This document shows positions 25,756 to 37,794 of a stretch of 64,000 nt of DNA, piece by piece. The DNA comes from Squalus acanthias (taxonomy: Eukaryota): contig CM059435.1 of the NCBI GenBank assembly GCA_030390025.1, positions 51,584,001 through 51,648,000 of the forward strand. The letters are read 5' to 3'. The translations under genes and the position numbers were made by a program. The notes beneath the pieces are model-generated. The model searched no databases. It was not told the DNA's origin and saw only the letters and a program-made list of their open reading frames with translations. The first letter of the stretch is position 1, and each line of letters opens with the position of its first letter.

Positions 25756-26186
25756 GTTAGCAGTGAGAGAATCTCCCAGAATTCACAATTTAAACACAGA
25801 CAAAATATATTCAAATCTTTCCTACATCAAAGAGCACAGCCAAGACAATGAGATGTGTCCCAGGGGGTCCAACGTGTCAAACCACCTGCTGGCTGCATAT
25901 CCTGTCAATCTGTGTAGGTTCTTGTGTTAGTCTTTTTAAAAAAAAAACACCTGGGAAGACCGTGACTTGACATCATGGCCGGTCTTCCCAGGTGTTTTTT
26001 TTAAAAAAAGACTAACACAAGAACCTACACAGATTGACAGGATATGCAGCCAGCAGGTGGTTTGACACGTTGGACCCCCTGGGACACATCTCATTGTCTT
26101 GGCTGTGCTCTTTGATGTAGGAAAGATTTGAATATATTTTGTCTGTGTTTAAATTGTGAATTCTGGGAGATTCTCTCACTGCTAAC

Positions 26187-26225
26187 TTACCTGACGAAGG
26201 AGCGAACTGTTCCGAAAGCTTGTAA
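26187..26225 (+). ncRNA. Minimal type I hammerhead ribozyme motif (PLE type)
   Basis: Stem I TTAC/GTAA, core CTGACGA, stem II GGAGC/GTTCC, GAAA, palindromic stem III AGCT; AATAAA follows at 26231-26236. Confidence 0.75.
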
Positions 26226-27155
26226 AATTAAATAAATCTGTTGGACTATAACCTGGTGTTGTGCGACTTCTCATTTTTGTTTCTACTTATGTCATTTGTT
26301 CCGACATGGAACGCGACAACTGGATTTACCCCCTCCCTTTCCAAATTCCTCTCCAGCCACCACGAGATATCCCTTACCCTGGTACCACACCCTTCAGGAT
26401 TCTCATTCTTGGCTGCAGAGGACGCTATCTATCCCCCTAATTATAGAATCTCCTATCACTACCGCATTTCTATTCTGCTCTTCCCCCCCTTAGACAGCCT
26501 TCTGTACCACAGTGCCTTGGTCTGTATTGTGGCTGTCCTCCACGTAGTCTTTCTCCTTGTCCTCACAGGTAGCGAGTACATCGTACCTGTTGGACAGGAC
26601 CAGTGTCTGCAGGACCTCCTTCTCAACCTTTCCTAAGTCCCCACTACCCAGCTCCCTAGCAGTCACACCCTCCCCTTCCTGAACCTGTGCTTTCCTCTGG
26701 GGTGTGACTGCATTCTGGATAAAACTATCCAGAAATTCCTTCCCCTCCCTTATGTTTCGGAGTGTCTCTAACTCGCACTCCAGCTCAATGACTCTGAGCT
26801 AAAGTGACTGAAGGCAGAGACATTTCCTGCAGATGTGGGAATCCGGGACAGTCTCGCTGTCCACAAACTCCCACAAACTCCAGTCCCGACACATAGCCTG
26901 CCCTCTCTAGACTTTTTTATTTATTTGCTTATTTAATTAGTTAAAGTTTTTAATCAAACAATTATTTATAGTTTTATTAATTAGTTTATCTAGTTATTAT
27001 TTACTAATGTAATTCCCCAGCTCTTAGTTTAAACCACTGCTCTAGCTTAGAGAAAGAAAAAACGCTGTAATACTCACCAACCAATCACCTACCTGCTATC
27101 CTGTGATATCACTCCTTGATTTTCTTTTGCTCTCTCTCTCTCTCTCTCTCTCACT

Positions 27156-27250
27156 GCTGGCCTTGGGCTCCGCTCCTTTTATCCCCGCCTCTCTCTGCCG
27201 CTGGCCTTGGGCTCCGCTCCTTTTATCCCCGCCTCTCTCTGCCGCTGGTC
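27156..27250 (-). repeat. 44-bp tandem repeat in the CR1 5' UTR, next to (CT)n
   Basis: GCTGGCCTTGGGCTCCGCTCCTTTTATCCCCGCCTCTCTCTGCC x2 exact (27156-27243). Confidence 0.9.
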
Positions 27251-27826
27251 TCGCTCTCGCCACTGGTCTCGGGCCTTGAGCTATTTTTTCTAGTTGAGAA
27301 GTCAGTGACGAGGTGTAATCAATTTAATATCGTCACTAAAAGAGTGAGGGTTGTTAGCATAAGGAATGCTTTGGCACAAGGAGTATTTAAGACAGTGTCA
27401 ATTGCATCTTTTAAGTGAAGAGTAGATGAACATTCAAAACAGAGGAAGAAACAAGACTGCAGGGAGAGAGCAGGGCAGTGGGATCAGTTTTGAATTGCAA
27501 TTGCCAGTATAGACCAGTGGGCTGAATGGCCTCTTTCTGTTGTGTAAATGTCTATGGGTTTAATTGATTACCATTTATTGAGGAGAAATGATGTAATGAC
27601 CTATTCTTCCAACCCCCTTCCTTCCTGATAGTATAGTTGCTCGCTCTCCAAAAGAAAAAGCTGACATTTTGGGTTTACTTTTCTCCTCCATCTCAATAAA
27701 CATGGCAAAATACATCCCTCCATTCTGTTCCATTATGAACTATATCATGTTTTATCCTAAGTGTGCCTGTTCAATCCTGAGCTCTCGACACTCCATAAGA
27801 TCTCCAGTGCAGATAGTTTCCTTCTC

Positions 27827-28432
27827 ATTTTTTTAATCCATTTTTGGGATGTGAGTATTGCTGGAAAGGCCAGCATTTATTGATCACCCTTAATCGTCCT
27901 TGAGAAGGTGGTGGTGAGCCGCCTTCTTGAACTGCTGCAGTCCGTGTGGTGAAGATATTCCCACAGTGCTGTTAGGGAGGAAGTTCCAGGATTTTGACCC
28001 AGCAACGATGAAGGAACGATGATATATGACCAAGCCAGGATGGTGGGTGGCTTGGAGGGGAATTTGGAGGTGATGGTGTTCCCATGCATCTGCTGCCCTT
28101 GTCCTTCTAGGTTGTGGAGGTCACAGGTTTGGGAGGTGCTGCCGAAGCAGCCTTGGCGAGTTACTGCAGAGCATCTTGTAGATGGTACACACTGCAGAAA
28201 TGGTGTGAGTTGAGGGGGGGATATATTTAGGTTAGTGAATGAGGTGCTGATCCAGTCCTGGATGGTGTCAAGTTTCTTGAGTGTTGCTGCAGCTGCACCC
28301 ATCCAGGCAAGTGCAGAGTATTCCATCACACTCCTGATTTGTGCCTTTGTAGGTGGTAGAGAGGCGTGGTGGTGGTGGTGGTGGGGAGGCGGGGGGGGGG
28401 GCGCGGGGGTGTCAGGAGTTAGGGGGTTAATG
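27827..28432 (-). mobile_element. 3' fragment of the tRNA-headed LINE family
   Basis: KAQIRSVMEYSALAWMGAAAATLKKLDTIQD plus the family 3' UTR. Confidence 0.85.
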
Positions 28433-28769
28433 TACCCCCTTTGTAAATGCATTCAAAAGGAACATGTCTGCAATGTCACTACACATAGTCACCAGAAAAG
28501 TTCTTTCCCCATAGCCACTAAATATTATGGAAATAGAGAAATTAAAAGTAGGTAATGATCTCATCCTGATGAGATAAATTCTGACATATGAAAGAAATTG
28601 GAAATAATGGAAAAGTGTCGTCAGTTAGGAATATTTTAGAGATTGTGTGAAGATTCCAGTGGACTGCAGGGACAGCTGACAAGTATTTTACAAGTACCCA
28701 AAGCATAACCCTGGCACAGACAGACGGGTTGCTTTCAATTGCAGGGAGAGCATTGGAGGCTGCAAGAGA

Positions 28770-29262
28770 TAGAATTCAAGAAGGTTTGTCCAATGGAACA
28801 TAACATTGGATGCCAAGGGTTAAATTACGAGGAGAAATTACACAAACTAGGGTTGTATTCCCTGGAATTTAGAAGATTAAGGGGTGATTTGTTCAACGCT
28901 TTCAAGATATTAAGGGGAACGGATAGGGTAGATAGAGAGAAACTATTTCCACTGGTTGCGGAGTCTAGGACTAGGGGGCATCATCTAAAAATTAGAGCCA
29001 GGCCTTTCAGGAGTGAAGTTAGGAAACACTTGTACACGCAAAGGGTGGTAGAAGTTTGGAACTCTCTTCCACAAGCGGCAATTTATGCAGGTCAGTTGTT
29101 CATTTTGAATCTGTGATTAATAGATTTTTGTTAAGCAAAGGTATTAAGCGACATGGGGAAAAGGCGGGTATATGAAGGTTGGTCACAGATCAGCCATGAT
29201 CTCATTGAATGCGGAACAACCTCCAGGGGCTAAATGGCCTACTCCTGTTCCTATGGTCCTAA
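28770..29262 (+). mobile_element. CR1 3' fragment
   Basis: LGLYSLEFRRLRGDL...RTRGH..KIRARPFRSEVRKH..TQRVVEVWNSLP; tail TCCTATG. Confidence 0.9.
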
Positions 29263-29421
29263 TAGACCAGAGTCATCGTGGACTTAAGGACGATGTACCA
29301 CGCCCAATGATTTAAAGACAGCTAAAGACCTTAGAGATCCAGCAGATATTGTATCTTTGGAGTTTGGGACAAGATCAATCACAAAAAACATTGTGAAAAG
29401 TTAGGGGCATATAGAGTCATA

Positions 29422-30161
29422 GGGCTGGATTTTGATACTGGGGCGGGTTGGGGTCGTGTCATCCGCATTTCATGTTATCCACCCGACTGCAATTGGATGT
29501 GGGAGATTGATGCAATTTTCACCTAATTGGGCAATTGAGTTCCAGCATGTGGGAACCCATGAACCAATTAGTGTTTTCAGTCTGAAAGTCGCCTCTGATG
29601 ATGTCATCATTGCTGCTGCTGCATTGAAGGTCTTCAGAGACTGCCTGGCCTTTGCTGTGAGTGGACCTGGATGCAAAATGAGCAGCAGCTGAGAGAGAGA
29701 ATTTTTTTTGCATCCTGGTCCTCTCACAGCAAAGGCGGCAGGTCTCTGAAGACATTCAATGCAGCAGCATCAGAGGCGATTTTCAGACCTAATACTACTA
29801 CTACCTTCATCACATCTCCGTTGTAATAGTGGACCTGCAGCTGATAGTCAGCTATCCACTTGTGCTCCCGCCAGGTTTCACTGGTGTGTTTCACATCAGG
29901 CGTGCTTCACGTAGGAAAAGGGTTAAACGAGCTAAAACGTTTCAAAATGGCATTACAGAGCCAATTTAGGGCTTGTTAAGGGCTTTAATGGCCTCTCCCG
30001 CCTCTTGGAGGCGGGACGGAGTCGGGAACACCGCACACGATTTTATCAAAATTGCGTGGAGGCGGAATGGAGGCGGGATCAGGTCCGCCCACCACTTTTC
30101 GCAATTTTAACCCCCCACACGTCTCCAAACCTGCCTCCACGGCCCTATGAAAATCCAGTCC
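29422..30161. mobile_element. Harbinger-type MITE inserted in a CR1 3' tail
   Basis: TIR GGGCTGGATTTT / AAAATCCAGTCC; TSD ATA (29419-29421, 30162-30164). Confidence 0.85.
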
Positions 30162-30968
30162 ATAGACTTATACAGCACAGAAAGAGGCCCTTTGGCCCAT
30201 CGTGTCTGCGCCGGCCATCAAGCCCTGTCTATTCTAATCCCATTTTCCAGCACTTGGTCCGTAGCTTTCTATGCTATGGCATTTCAAGTGCTCATCTAAA
30301 TGCTTCTTGAATGTTGAGGGTTCCTGCCTCTACCACCCTTTCAGGCAGTGAGTTCCAGATTCCAACCACCCTCTGGGTGAAAAAGTTTTTCCTCAAATCC
30401 CCTCTAAACCTCCTGCCCCTTACCTTGAAACTATGCCCCCTGGTTATTGACCCCTCTACTAAGGGGAAAAGTTCCTTTCTATCTACCCTATCTATGCCCC
30501 TCATAATTTTGTACACCTCAATCAGGTCCCCCCTCAGCCTTCTCTGCTCTAAGGAACACAACCCCAGCCTGTCCAGTCTCTCTTCATAGCTGAAGCGCTC
30601 CAGCCCAGGTAACATCCTGGTGAATCTCCTCTGCGCCCTCTCTAATGCAATCACATCCTTCCTATAGTGTGGTGACCAGAACTGCACACAGTATTCCAGC
30701 TGTGGCCTAACTAGCGTTTTGTACAGCTCCATCATAACCTCCCTGCTCTTATATTCTATGCCTCGGCTAATGAAGGCAAGTATCCCGTATGCCTTCTTAA
30801 CCACCTTATCTACCTGTCCTGCTGCCTTCAGGGATCTATGTACATGCACACCAAGGTCCCTCTGATCCTCTGTCCTTCCTAGGGTCCTTGTATTCCCTTG
30901 CCTTGTTAGTCCTCCCAAAATGCATCACCTCACACTTTTCAGGGTTAAATTCCATTTGCCACTGTTCT
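30162..30968 (-). mobile_element. Relatively young CR1 3' fragment
   Basis: Uninterrupted ORF 30292-30918: DLGVHVHRSLK...LYKTLVRPQLEYCVQFWSPHYRKD...NFFTQRVVGIWNSLP. Confidence 0.95.
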
Positions 30969-32734
30969 ACCCAAGTCCAAATGGAATCAAGTGCAAGGCA
31001 GCAAACTGGCCAACAAAATGGGTCAAATATAAAAAGATGGGAGGTTGTTCTAAGCAGGAGATCTTTGTATTGGAAAGCTGTGAATGGAGGATTTGATACC
31101 AGGTGACAGGAGGAAGTTGTCCTGAGGCTTGTATTACTTCTTTACTCATGGCAAGAGAGTTATTAATAAAATATTTACAGACAATACAAAGCTCTGTTGG
31201 AAGGTCAATTACACCATAAAAGCAGACAACTCATCGGCGCCTCTTTGAAACACTGGTAAAGGGGATGTTTCATGGTGAACAGGGAATGGTGGCATATATA
31301 TAGATCTGGCAATAAAGGGAGTGACTGTAAAATGGGGAGAATTTTTTTTTTTAAACAGGAGGAGTTGTGAAGTTATATTACAGGATATCAAAACACTCGC
31401 TAAATGTCACACCTAAAAGAGCAAAAGGGTCATTTGGAATGTTTATCAAGGAACTCTGTATAAGTGAAAGAAGATAAATCTGAATTCTTGCGATGTCTCA
31501 GTTAGAGCATAGATTGGGTTTCCATACATGCAGATTGATATAATTACCATACGGAGAGTGCAGCAAAGAAAAAAAAAGAGAAAATGATTCCTGAGCTCAG
31601 ATTTATGAATGCAAAGATGGACAAGAGGTTCTGAGGCTGGGCTCATTAAACCGAGGAAAGTGGGGAAATAATGCAAGCATTTAAATTGGCAAGAGGAACT
31701 GTAAAAATTTAAGTTAATTTGTTATTTTTACTGGATGTAGAGCATTGAACAACAGTGTATAATCCCATAGGAAAGAAAAGGTCCAATAAAGACTGGGGAG
31801 GGGGTGATTTATTTTCTTGGAGTAGAGAGGTTTATGGAGCAAACTGTTGGGGATGCTAATGCAGTGAGGGTAGACTGTGTTAAGAGAGAGCGACAGTGTT
31901 TTGTTACAGGAGAGAACAGTGAGTCACAAATGCCAGGCAGCAAGATGATGGAATAAAATACTGCAGGGAATTAAAATGCATAAAGTTGGAGTAGATGGGA
32001 AATGGAGGGGAAAAAAACAGTTGTATATTAGTGGAGCAGTAATTCAGCACATTAGTTTAACACATTGTACGGCAGAGTTGTATGATGCATGTTGTCACAG
32101 TCCCTTTACATAGCGGGTTCCTATTTCTACTGAACCACTCAGGAAGAAGTGCTACGTGGAGAAAAGGCACTTCCCTGGAGGGAGGAGGGAAATTGGGCAG
32201 CTAGTCATCAGGGCAAACTCTCTCTCTCTCTCTGCCACTTTGGCTCCCATCAGCATCAGCAGCAATCTGTGAACAGATCACCTAGCTGCCTTTTGTTGTC
32301 AAGGGATTGCATGTGATACAAAGGGTCCTAAAGATGAAAGAGACAAAAAGAGGAAGAAACAACAGCCCTCCAAAAATGGCAAATGAGGGTCATCAGTCAC
32401 CGAGTGCAGATGACTCCATCCTATCACATACATGGCAACCTACAGAGCTCAGAAAAGCTAACAAACAGCTTCAACTTTTTTTAAATTGAAAACATCCCTG
32501 GATTGAGGCCCATAACCGAAGTCACTATTTCAAGGTGGCAGAACAAATTAAATTCCTTTTTAGTACAAAGATTTGGATTTGAGGATTTTTACTAGCTGTC
32601 TGATCCAAAATCCCACTTCCCAATTCATTTGGATTTCTGTGAAACCCAACAGTCTTGTGGGTGACAGAGGAGAAAAAGTAGTTACAATGGGTGGGAAGGT
32701 GAGAGAGAGAGAGAGGGAGGGGAGGGAAGGAAGG

Positions 32735-32945
32735 AAAGAAATAAAATTTATATAGCACCTTTCACAACCTCAGGACATCCCAAAGTACTTTACAGCCAAT
32801 TAAGTACTTTTGAAGTGTAGTCACTGGTGTAATGTAGGAAACGCGGCAGCCAATTTGCACACAGCAAGCTCCCACAAACAGCAATATGATAATGACCAGA
32901 TAATCTGGTTTTTTTTAAGTGATGTTGATTGAGGGATAAATATTG
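32735..32945 (-). mobile_element. SacSINE1-like SINE 3' half
   Basis: Reverse complement of the tail seen at 14.4-14.5 kb. Confidence 0.85.
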
Positions 32946-33084
32946 AATAAAGGTTGAAAGTAAGTCTCCATAGCACAAGGCTTTCATCCCTGGCACCTAG
33001 GTCACTGTCTATTTCTGTTTCGATAAATGTGCAGCGTTCTACTCTTTGGTTCCATCTTTCCTCCCGCCAACGTTTCCTGATCAA

Positions 33085-34470
33085 GGTGGAAATTCTTTCA
33101 CTGAAATTATTAATTTCACACAAAATCAGTGAAGATAGGGCTCCATCCAGTTCCAATTTTCCCCTGAAGTCAGCTTTGCTCTTCATGATTAAACTGAAAG
33201 CCCACTCTTCACCAGCATTACTATGGGAGAAGCACATGGACAAGTAAAGGCTACTTGAGACAACCTTGAAAAATGTTTCCTTCCACTGTGGTCTGTCATC
33301 TGAGAGAGGCAAGACCACAGCTCTTCAATTACTTTCTCTTCCTTCCACCTGAAGTGCAAACTAGCTATTTCAAAGGATTTGAAATCCTGGAACTTATCCT
33401 GCAAGGAATCCAGGTCATATGGTCGAAGACCAAGGACATTTGCAAATCTTGAACAGAAACCTTCTAGCTGTGATTTATCTTTTCCATCCAGGTCAATAAA
33501 TGTACTTTGTAAAAGAAGCACATCCTCAAAAGGAAGAATATTTGGTAATTGCTTCCTCTGACCAATAAAAAGTATCTATTTGAGAGTCATAAAGATCTTC
33601 TCTCACTTTAGTTAGGCATTGCTAGGTTGAAAATCCAATGTACAGTTCTGTCTACTTTGGAAGCTCTATTCATCTTTTATCCAGCACTTAAAAGAAGGTC
33701 TCCCTTTATAAGCCGACTTGACATTTTCTTCAAGAAGCTCCTCATCTATTCATGGAGAAAACAAATACAGGGCTCCTCTCTTTGAAGTGTCAGATTGGAA
33801 TTGGTAAATGAGAGTAAGAGAGCCTGGAGGAACATCAAATAAACCTTTGTAAAGGGATTCACGTTAAAAAAATTCTGGAATCCTTTGAAAAGGCCTGAAG
33901 ACTCTTAGTTACATATAAAAATTTGATTTTAAACCTTCAAAGAGTTTCAATATTCTGTTGATACAAAGTTCTAAACCCAAGCACCTGACACCAACAGGTT
34001 TAGTATTCAATGCCACACAAGTCACAAAACTCCATCAAGTATGATTTTCATTGTGGCCATTTGAATCAATGATACAAAGGCTTCCACATCAAGGTGGCTA
34101 ATGATACACTTGACAGAATGCCACTTTTTGCAGCATTGTGCACAACATGAAGTGGGCATCTTGAGAGCAGACATTTTCTTTTTGCTCACCAAGTTCAACC
34201 AAGATGCCCTTTCTACATCCAAGATTCACAGCAGCACTGGGGCGCTGTAATTTGTTAAGCCACGGCCATACTTCTGCAGAGCATTCTCATTCAAATCCAA
34301 ATCCAGAAGCACTGTGCTGGCTTTCTTCCGTCAAACATTCTGACAAACATTAGATTCATCTTTTCTAAATCTTGGTTGTTGCTGCCCTCTATGTGAATGC
34401 TTTACTCGCTGTCACCAGATCTTTAACAAATGTAAGCATTCATTAATCGTGCATCAAGTTTTCAATCTGG
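33085..34470 (-). pseudogene. hAT-superfamily transposase fossil
   Basis: C-terminal dimerisation motif HSNAGEEWAFSLI.K.K.DFR..L; decayed RW-L equivalent (VRCLGLELCINRILKLFEGLK) near 33930-34000; frameshifts and stops; TIRs not found. Confidence 0.75.
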
Positions 34471-35403
34471 GGCACTGATACTTTTGGGCTACCTTGCTAG
34501 CGGGAAATATTTTATGGAACAAAAGGACCTATACACGCCCTTTGCTCCTCTTACCCACCCCCACTCCCTCGATAGCCCTCCCTCTGCTCTCTGCCTCTCC
34601 CTCCTCTCACTCCAACACATACTTCCTCTCTCTCCCTCTTTCTCCCCACCTCCTCCCAGTCTGGAAACATCAGTAATATAACGGATCAGGATTTTCTCCC
34701 CCACTGTTGTTACATCTGTGATTTCACAATACACAAGAAGAATGTCGTGAAAATGCCATTGTTCAATGACATCACTGCTACTGCAGTTCCTAACAACCAA
34801 ACCTCCTGAGCACTGTTCATTATGAGCTGGGTTTAGATCATTGCTTATTTAATCTGTGTGAAATTCTGGTTAGTGAGGAGAGATACATCAATTTATATTG
34901 TATTCTATTAAGAACTACATTTTCCACATGTTCACACAGCCCACTTTGAATTTCCAGCCTTCACTGAAACATACAAGCTAACCTAGAAAACGGGTAAAGC
35001 TGACACAATCCCCAAAAAACTCAAAAACAGTTGTGAAATATAGGCCAGCGATATGTGAAGACAAGCAGTTAGACTGAGAGCGCGGTGGTACATGGGATTA
35101 TCATAACCTAAGCGACACGTATACCCAATATTCTTATCACTTTTATCACAGGACACCAAAGGACAGTTAGCAGTCATGGTGATTTAGAAACTAAAAGGGT
35201 GGGGGGGGAGGTGAGTGTGGAAGGTATGAGCATTATTTTCTATGGGATCATGTTTCCTTCCCCATCTCTCCGCCCCCCCCACTCCACCCAAATATCCTCT
35301 TTGAGAGCAGGTTGATTTTTGACTTCTGATTTGGTACATAAATTGCCATTTTGGAGCCTACTGTAATTCTGAGAGTGAATCTCAGCATCATTTAAAAAAA
35401 ATG

Positions 35404-35788
35404 TTTTATTTGTTCCTGGGATGTGGGCATCGCTGACAAGGCCAGCATTTATTGCCCATCCCTAGTTGACCTTGAGAATGTGATGGTGAGCCGACTTCTT
35501 GAACCGCTACAGTCCGTGTGGTGTAGGAAGTGCTGCTAAAGAGGGAGTTCCAGGATTTTGACCCAGCGACGATGAAGGAACAGTGTGACTTGGAGGACAA
35601 CTTGGAGGTGGTGGTGTTCCCATGTGCCCGCTGCCCTTGTCCTTCTAGGTGGTAGAGGTCGCAGGTTTGGGAGGTGCTGCCGAAGAAGTCTTGGCGAGTT
35701 GCTGCGGTCCATCTTGTAGATGGTACACACTGCAGCCACGGTGCACCGGTGGTGGAGGGAGTGAATGTTTAAGGTGGAGGATGGGGTG
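35404..35788 (-). mobile_element. 3' fragment of the tRNA-headed LINE family
   Basis: AAVCTIYKM..SNSPRLLRQHLP plus the family 3' UTR. Confidence 0.85.
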
Positions 35789-35964
35789 AATTAAATAAAA
35801 AGCATTGTCTCTTTAACCCCACTTCCTGTTATATTATCAAGCCCCGGCAGTTCTGTAAGTACAGTGACAGGAATTGTCAAATAATGTCAGTGGAGATCAT
35901 TTTACCTTTTGACAAATAGTAAAGCGGGAGCAGTGTCTAACAGGCGGCCGATCCGCTTCATCCT

Positions 35965-36192
35965 TTCTTTTTATGCAGCGAGTTATGATGATCTGGAACG
36001 CACTGCCTGAAAGGGTGGTGGAAGCAGATTCAATAGTAACTTTCAAAAGGGAATTGGATAAATACTTGAAGGGGAAAAACTATGGGGAAAGAAGCAGGGG
36101 AGTGAGATTAATTGGCTAGCTCTACCAAAGAGCTGACACAGGCACGATGGGCCGAATGGCCTCCTTCTGTGCTTATCATTCTATGATTCTAA
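35965..36192 (+). mobile_element. CR1 3' terminal fragment
   Basis: WNALPERVVEA, GGGCCGAATGGCCTCCTTCTGTGC and an ATTCTATG tail. Confidence 0.85.
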
Positions 36193-36929
36193 GAGGAGAT
36201 GATTGAGAGACAAATGAAGTATGGAGGCTGGGACTTAGGGTTGGAGAAGATTTCCCAGATAAGGTGGAACAATGCCTTGGAAGGTTTTGAAAAGAAGGCT
36301 GAGGGTCTTGAAAAAATTTATATTTATATATATTCTATATTCATGGAGTAGGGTAGCATTTAAAAAAAAAGAAAAATCAGCAGTGGAAGATTTTACAGTT
36401 CCTTACACAGAAAATTTATTGCTTCGGAGATTGGAGGGCCTTGAAAACTCAATTGCATATTTATGATACGTTAAAATGTTTCATTATTTTGCACTCTAAT
36501 TAAAAAATGATGAAGGGTACAAGTGCTAATTGCAATTTTGCTGTGCTATTTTTTCTAAAATCTTGTATAGTCAATTAGAACCATTCTAGAAGAGGATATG
36601 AAGGACAGTAATAGAAGTTTACTAAGTGAAATGTTTAATTGTGGATCATTATTCTGTGCTGCCTTTTTACTGATCTAGACTTCAGTATTACTCTATAGCT
36701 GGCACACAGAAAATAGCATTAAGTCAAGAATATCTTTATTTAATACCTGAAATGGTGTATTTTCATATACATACTACATCAACTGCATTGTTGAAGATTA
36801 ATATGGGATTCCTTGTAAAATTGTTAGTGTAGCAGAACACTGCCAGGAACTGCTCGAATTATAATGCGATTGTTGTTACAGATGTTAGTGTAGGCTCATT
36901 ACAGCAGCAATAACTGTCTCTTATGTTCC

Positions 36930-37437
36930 GCTGAGAAAGGATGTCAAGGCCTTGGAGAGGGTGCAGTGGAGATTTACCAGAATTATAGCAGGGACGAGAG
37001 ACTTCAGTGATGGTGGAGAGACCAGAGAAACTGGGATTGTTCTCCTTCGAACAGGGATGGTTAAGGGGAGATTTAATAGAGGTGTTCAAAATCATGAGGG
37101 ATTTTGATAGAGTAGATAGGGAGAAACTGTTTCCAGTGCAGGAGGGTCAGTAATCAGAGGACACAGATTAAAGATAATTGACAAAAAAGTCAGAGGGGAG
37201 ATGAGGAGAATTTTTTAGCACAAGTCATTATGAGCTGGAATGCACTGCCTGAAAGGATGGTGGAAGCAGATACAGTAGTAACTTTGAAAAGGGAATCGGA
37301 TAAATACTTGAAAAGGAAAAATTTGAAGCATTATGGGGAAAGAATTGATAAGTGGGACTAATTGGATAGCTCTTTCAAAGTCCTGGCACAGGCACAATAA
37401 GCCGAATGGCCACCTTCTATAACATAAGATTCTATGA
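36930..37437 (+). mobile_element. CR1 3' fragment
   Basis: KDVKALERVQWRFTR, LRGDLIEVFKIM and an ATTCTATG tail. Confidence 0.85.
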
Positions 37438-37794
37438 AAGTAATTTAACACATCATAACCTGAAAGTATACCACGTATTCAGGGAGTGTTTTTGGGTCTG
37501 TTAATTTTAACACCTGCATTATGTAGAAAATTAAAATACAACCATACCATGGCAGGTACAATGTTAGCGAGTTCCCTAAACTTTAGAAGCCTTGTTAGTC
37601 ATATGCTGATCCTGTGCACGTAATTATTCATGGTATGATGTGAACATGCTTGTGGAATTGTTTAGTACTATTCTTCAGTTCAGTCTGCTCATGTGAAGGT
37701 ACTCAGCACCAAAGAAACATACGTGATAATTCAGGCTGTAGACACCCAGGCAAGGTTTGTAGCACGCCAAGTACTTTCCCAACCATCCCTCTGC

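Larger units (their letters stand above)
25631..26280. mobile_element. Palindromic Penelope-like element insertion (inverted pLTR pair with a one-sided 3' extension)
   Basis: Arms 25662-25962 and 25980-26280 are reverse complements (3 mismatches counted by eye) with a 17-nt loop; 31-nt unpaired extension 25631-25661; TSD TGTTTCTACTTATG at 25617-25630 and 26278-26291. Confidence 0.9.
23590..27280 (-). mobile_element. CR1 LINE 5' portion (5' UTR, ORF1 zinc finger/esterase, ORF2 endonuclease and linker), decayed, nested in an older + strand CR1
   Basis: ORF1 CxxC-type motif (HICRKC) and SGNH-esterase HVGTNDI / VIISGLLPEPRA; ORF2 CLYSNAHSVRNK, DIIGITETW, IIMGDF, FLTQYVKSPTR; same family as 49215-51537. 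Confidence 0.9.

Noticed and set aside
25662-26280. Palindrome as a DNA-transposon MITE or a sequencing fold-back artefact
   Set aside because: The long TSD, one-sided extension and hammerhead motifs fit a PLE; arm mismatches and colinear CR1 flanks argue against an artefact, though reads were not seen.
30292-30918. 208-aa ORF (and ORFs at 37857-38504, 49488-50048, 59754-60338) as host genes
   Set aside because: All are fragments of LINE ORF2 inside truncated or frameshifted elements.
33085-34470. Domesticated hAT-derived (ZBED-like) gene
   Set aside because: Multiple frameshifts and stops and degraded catalytic motifs.
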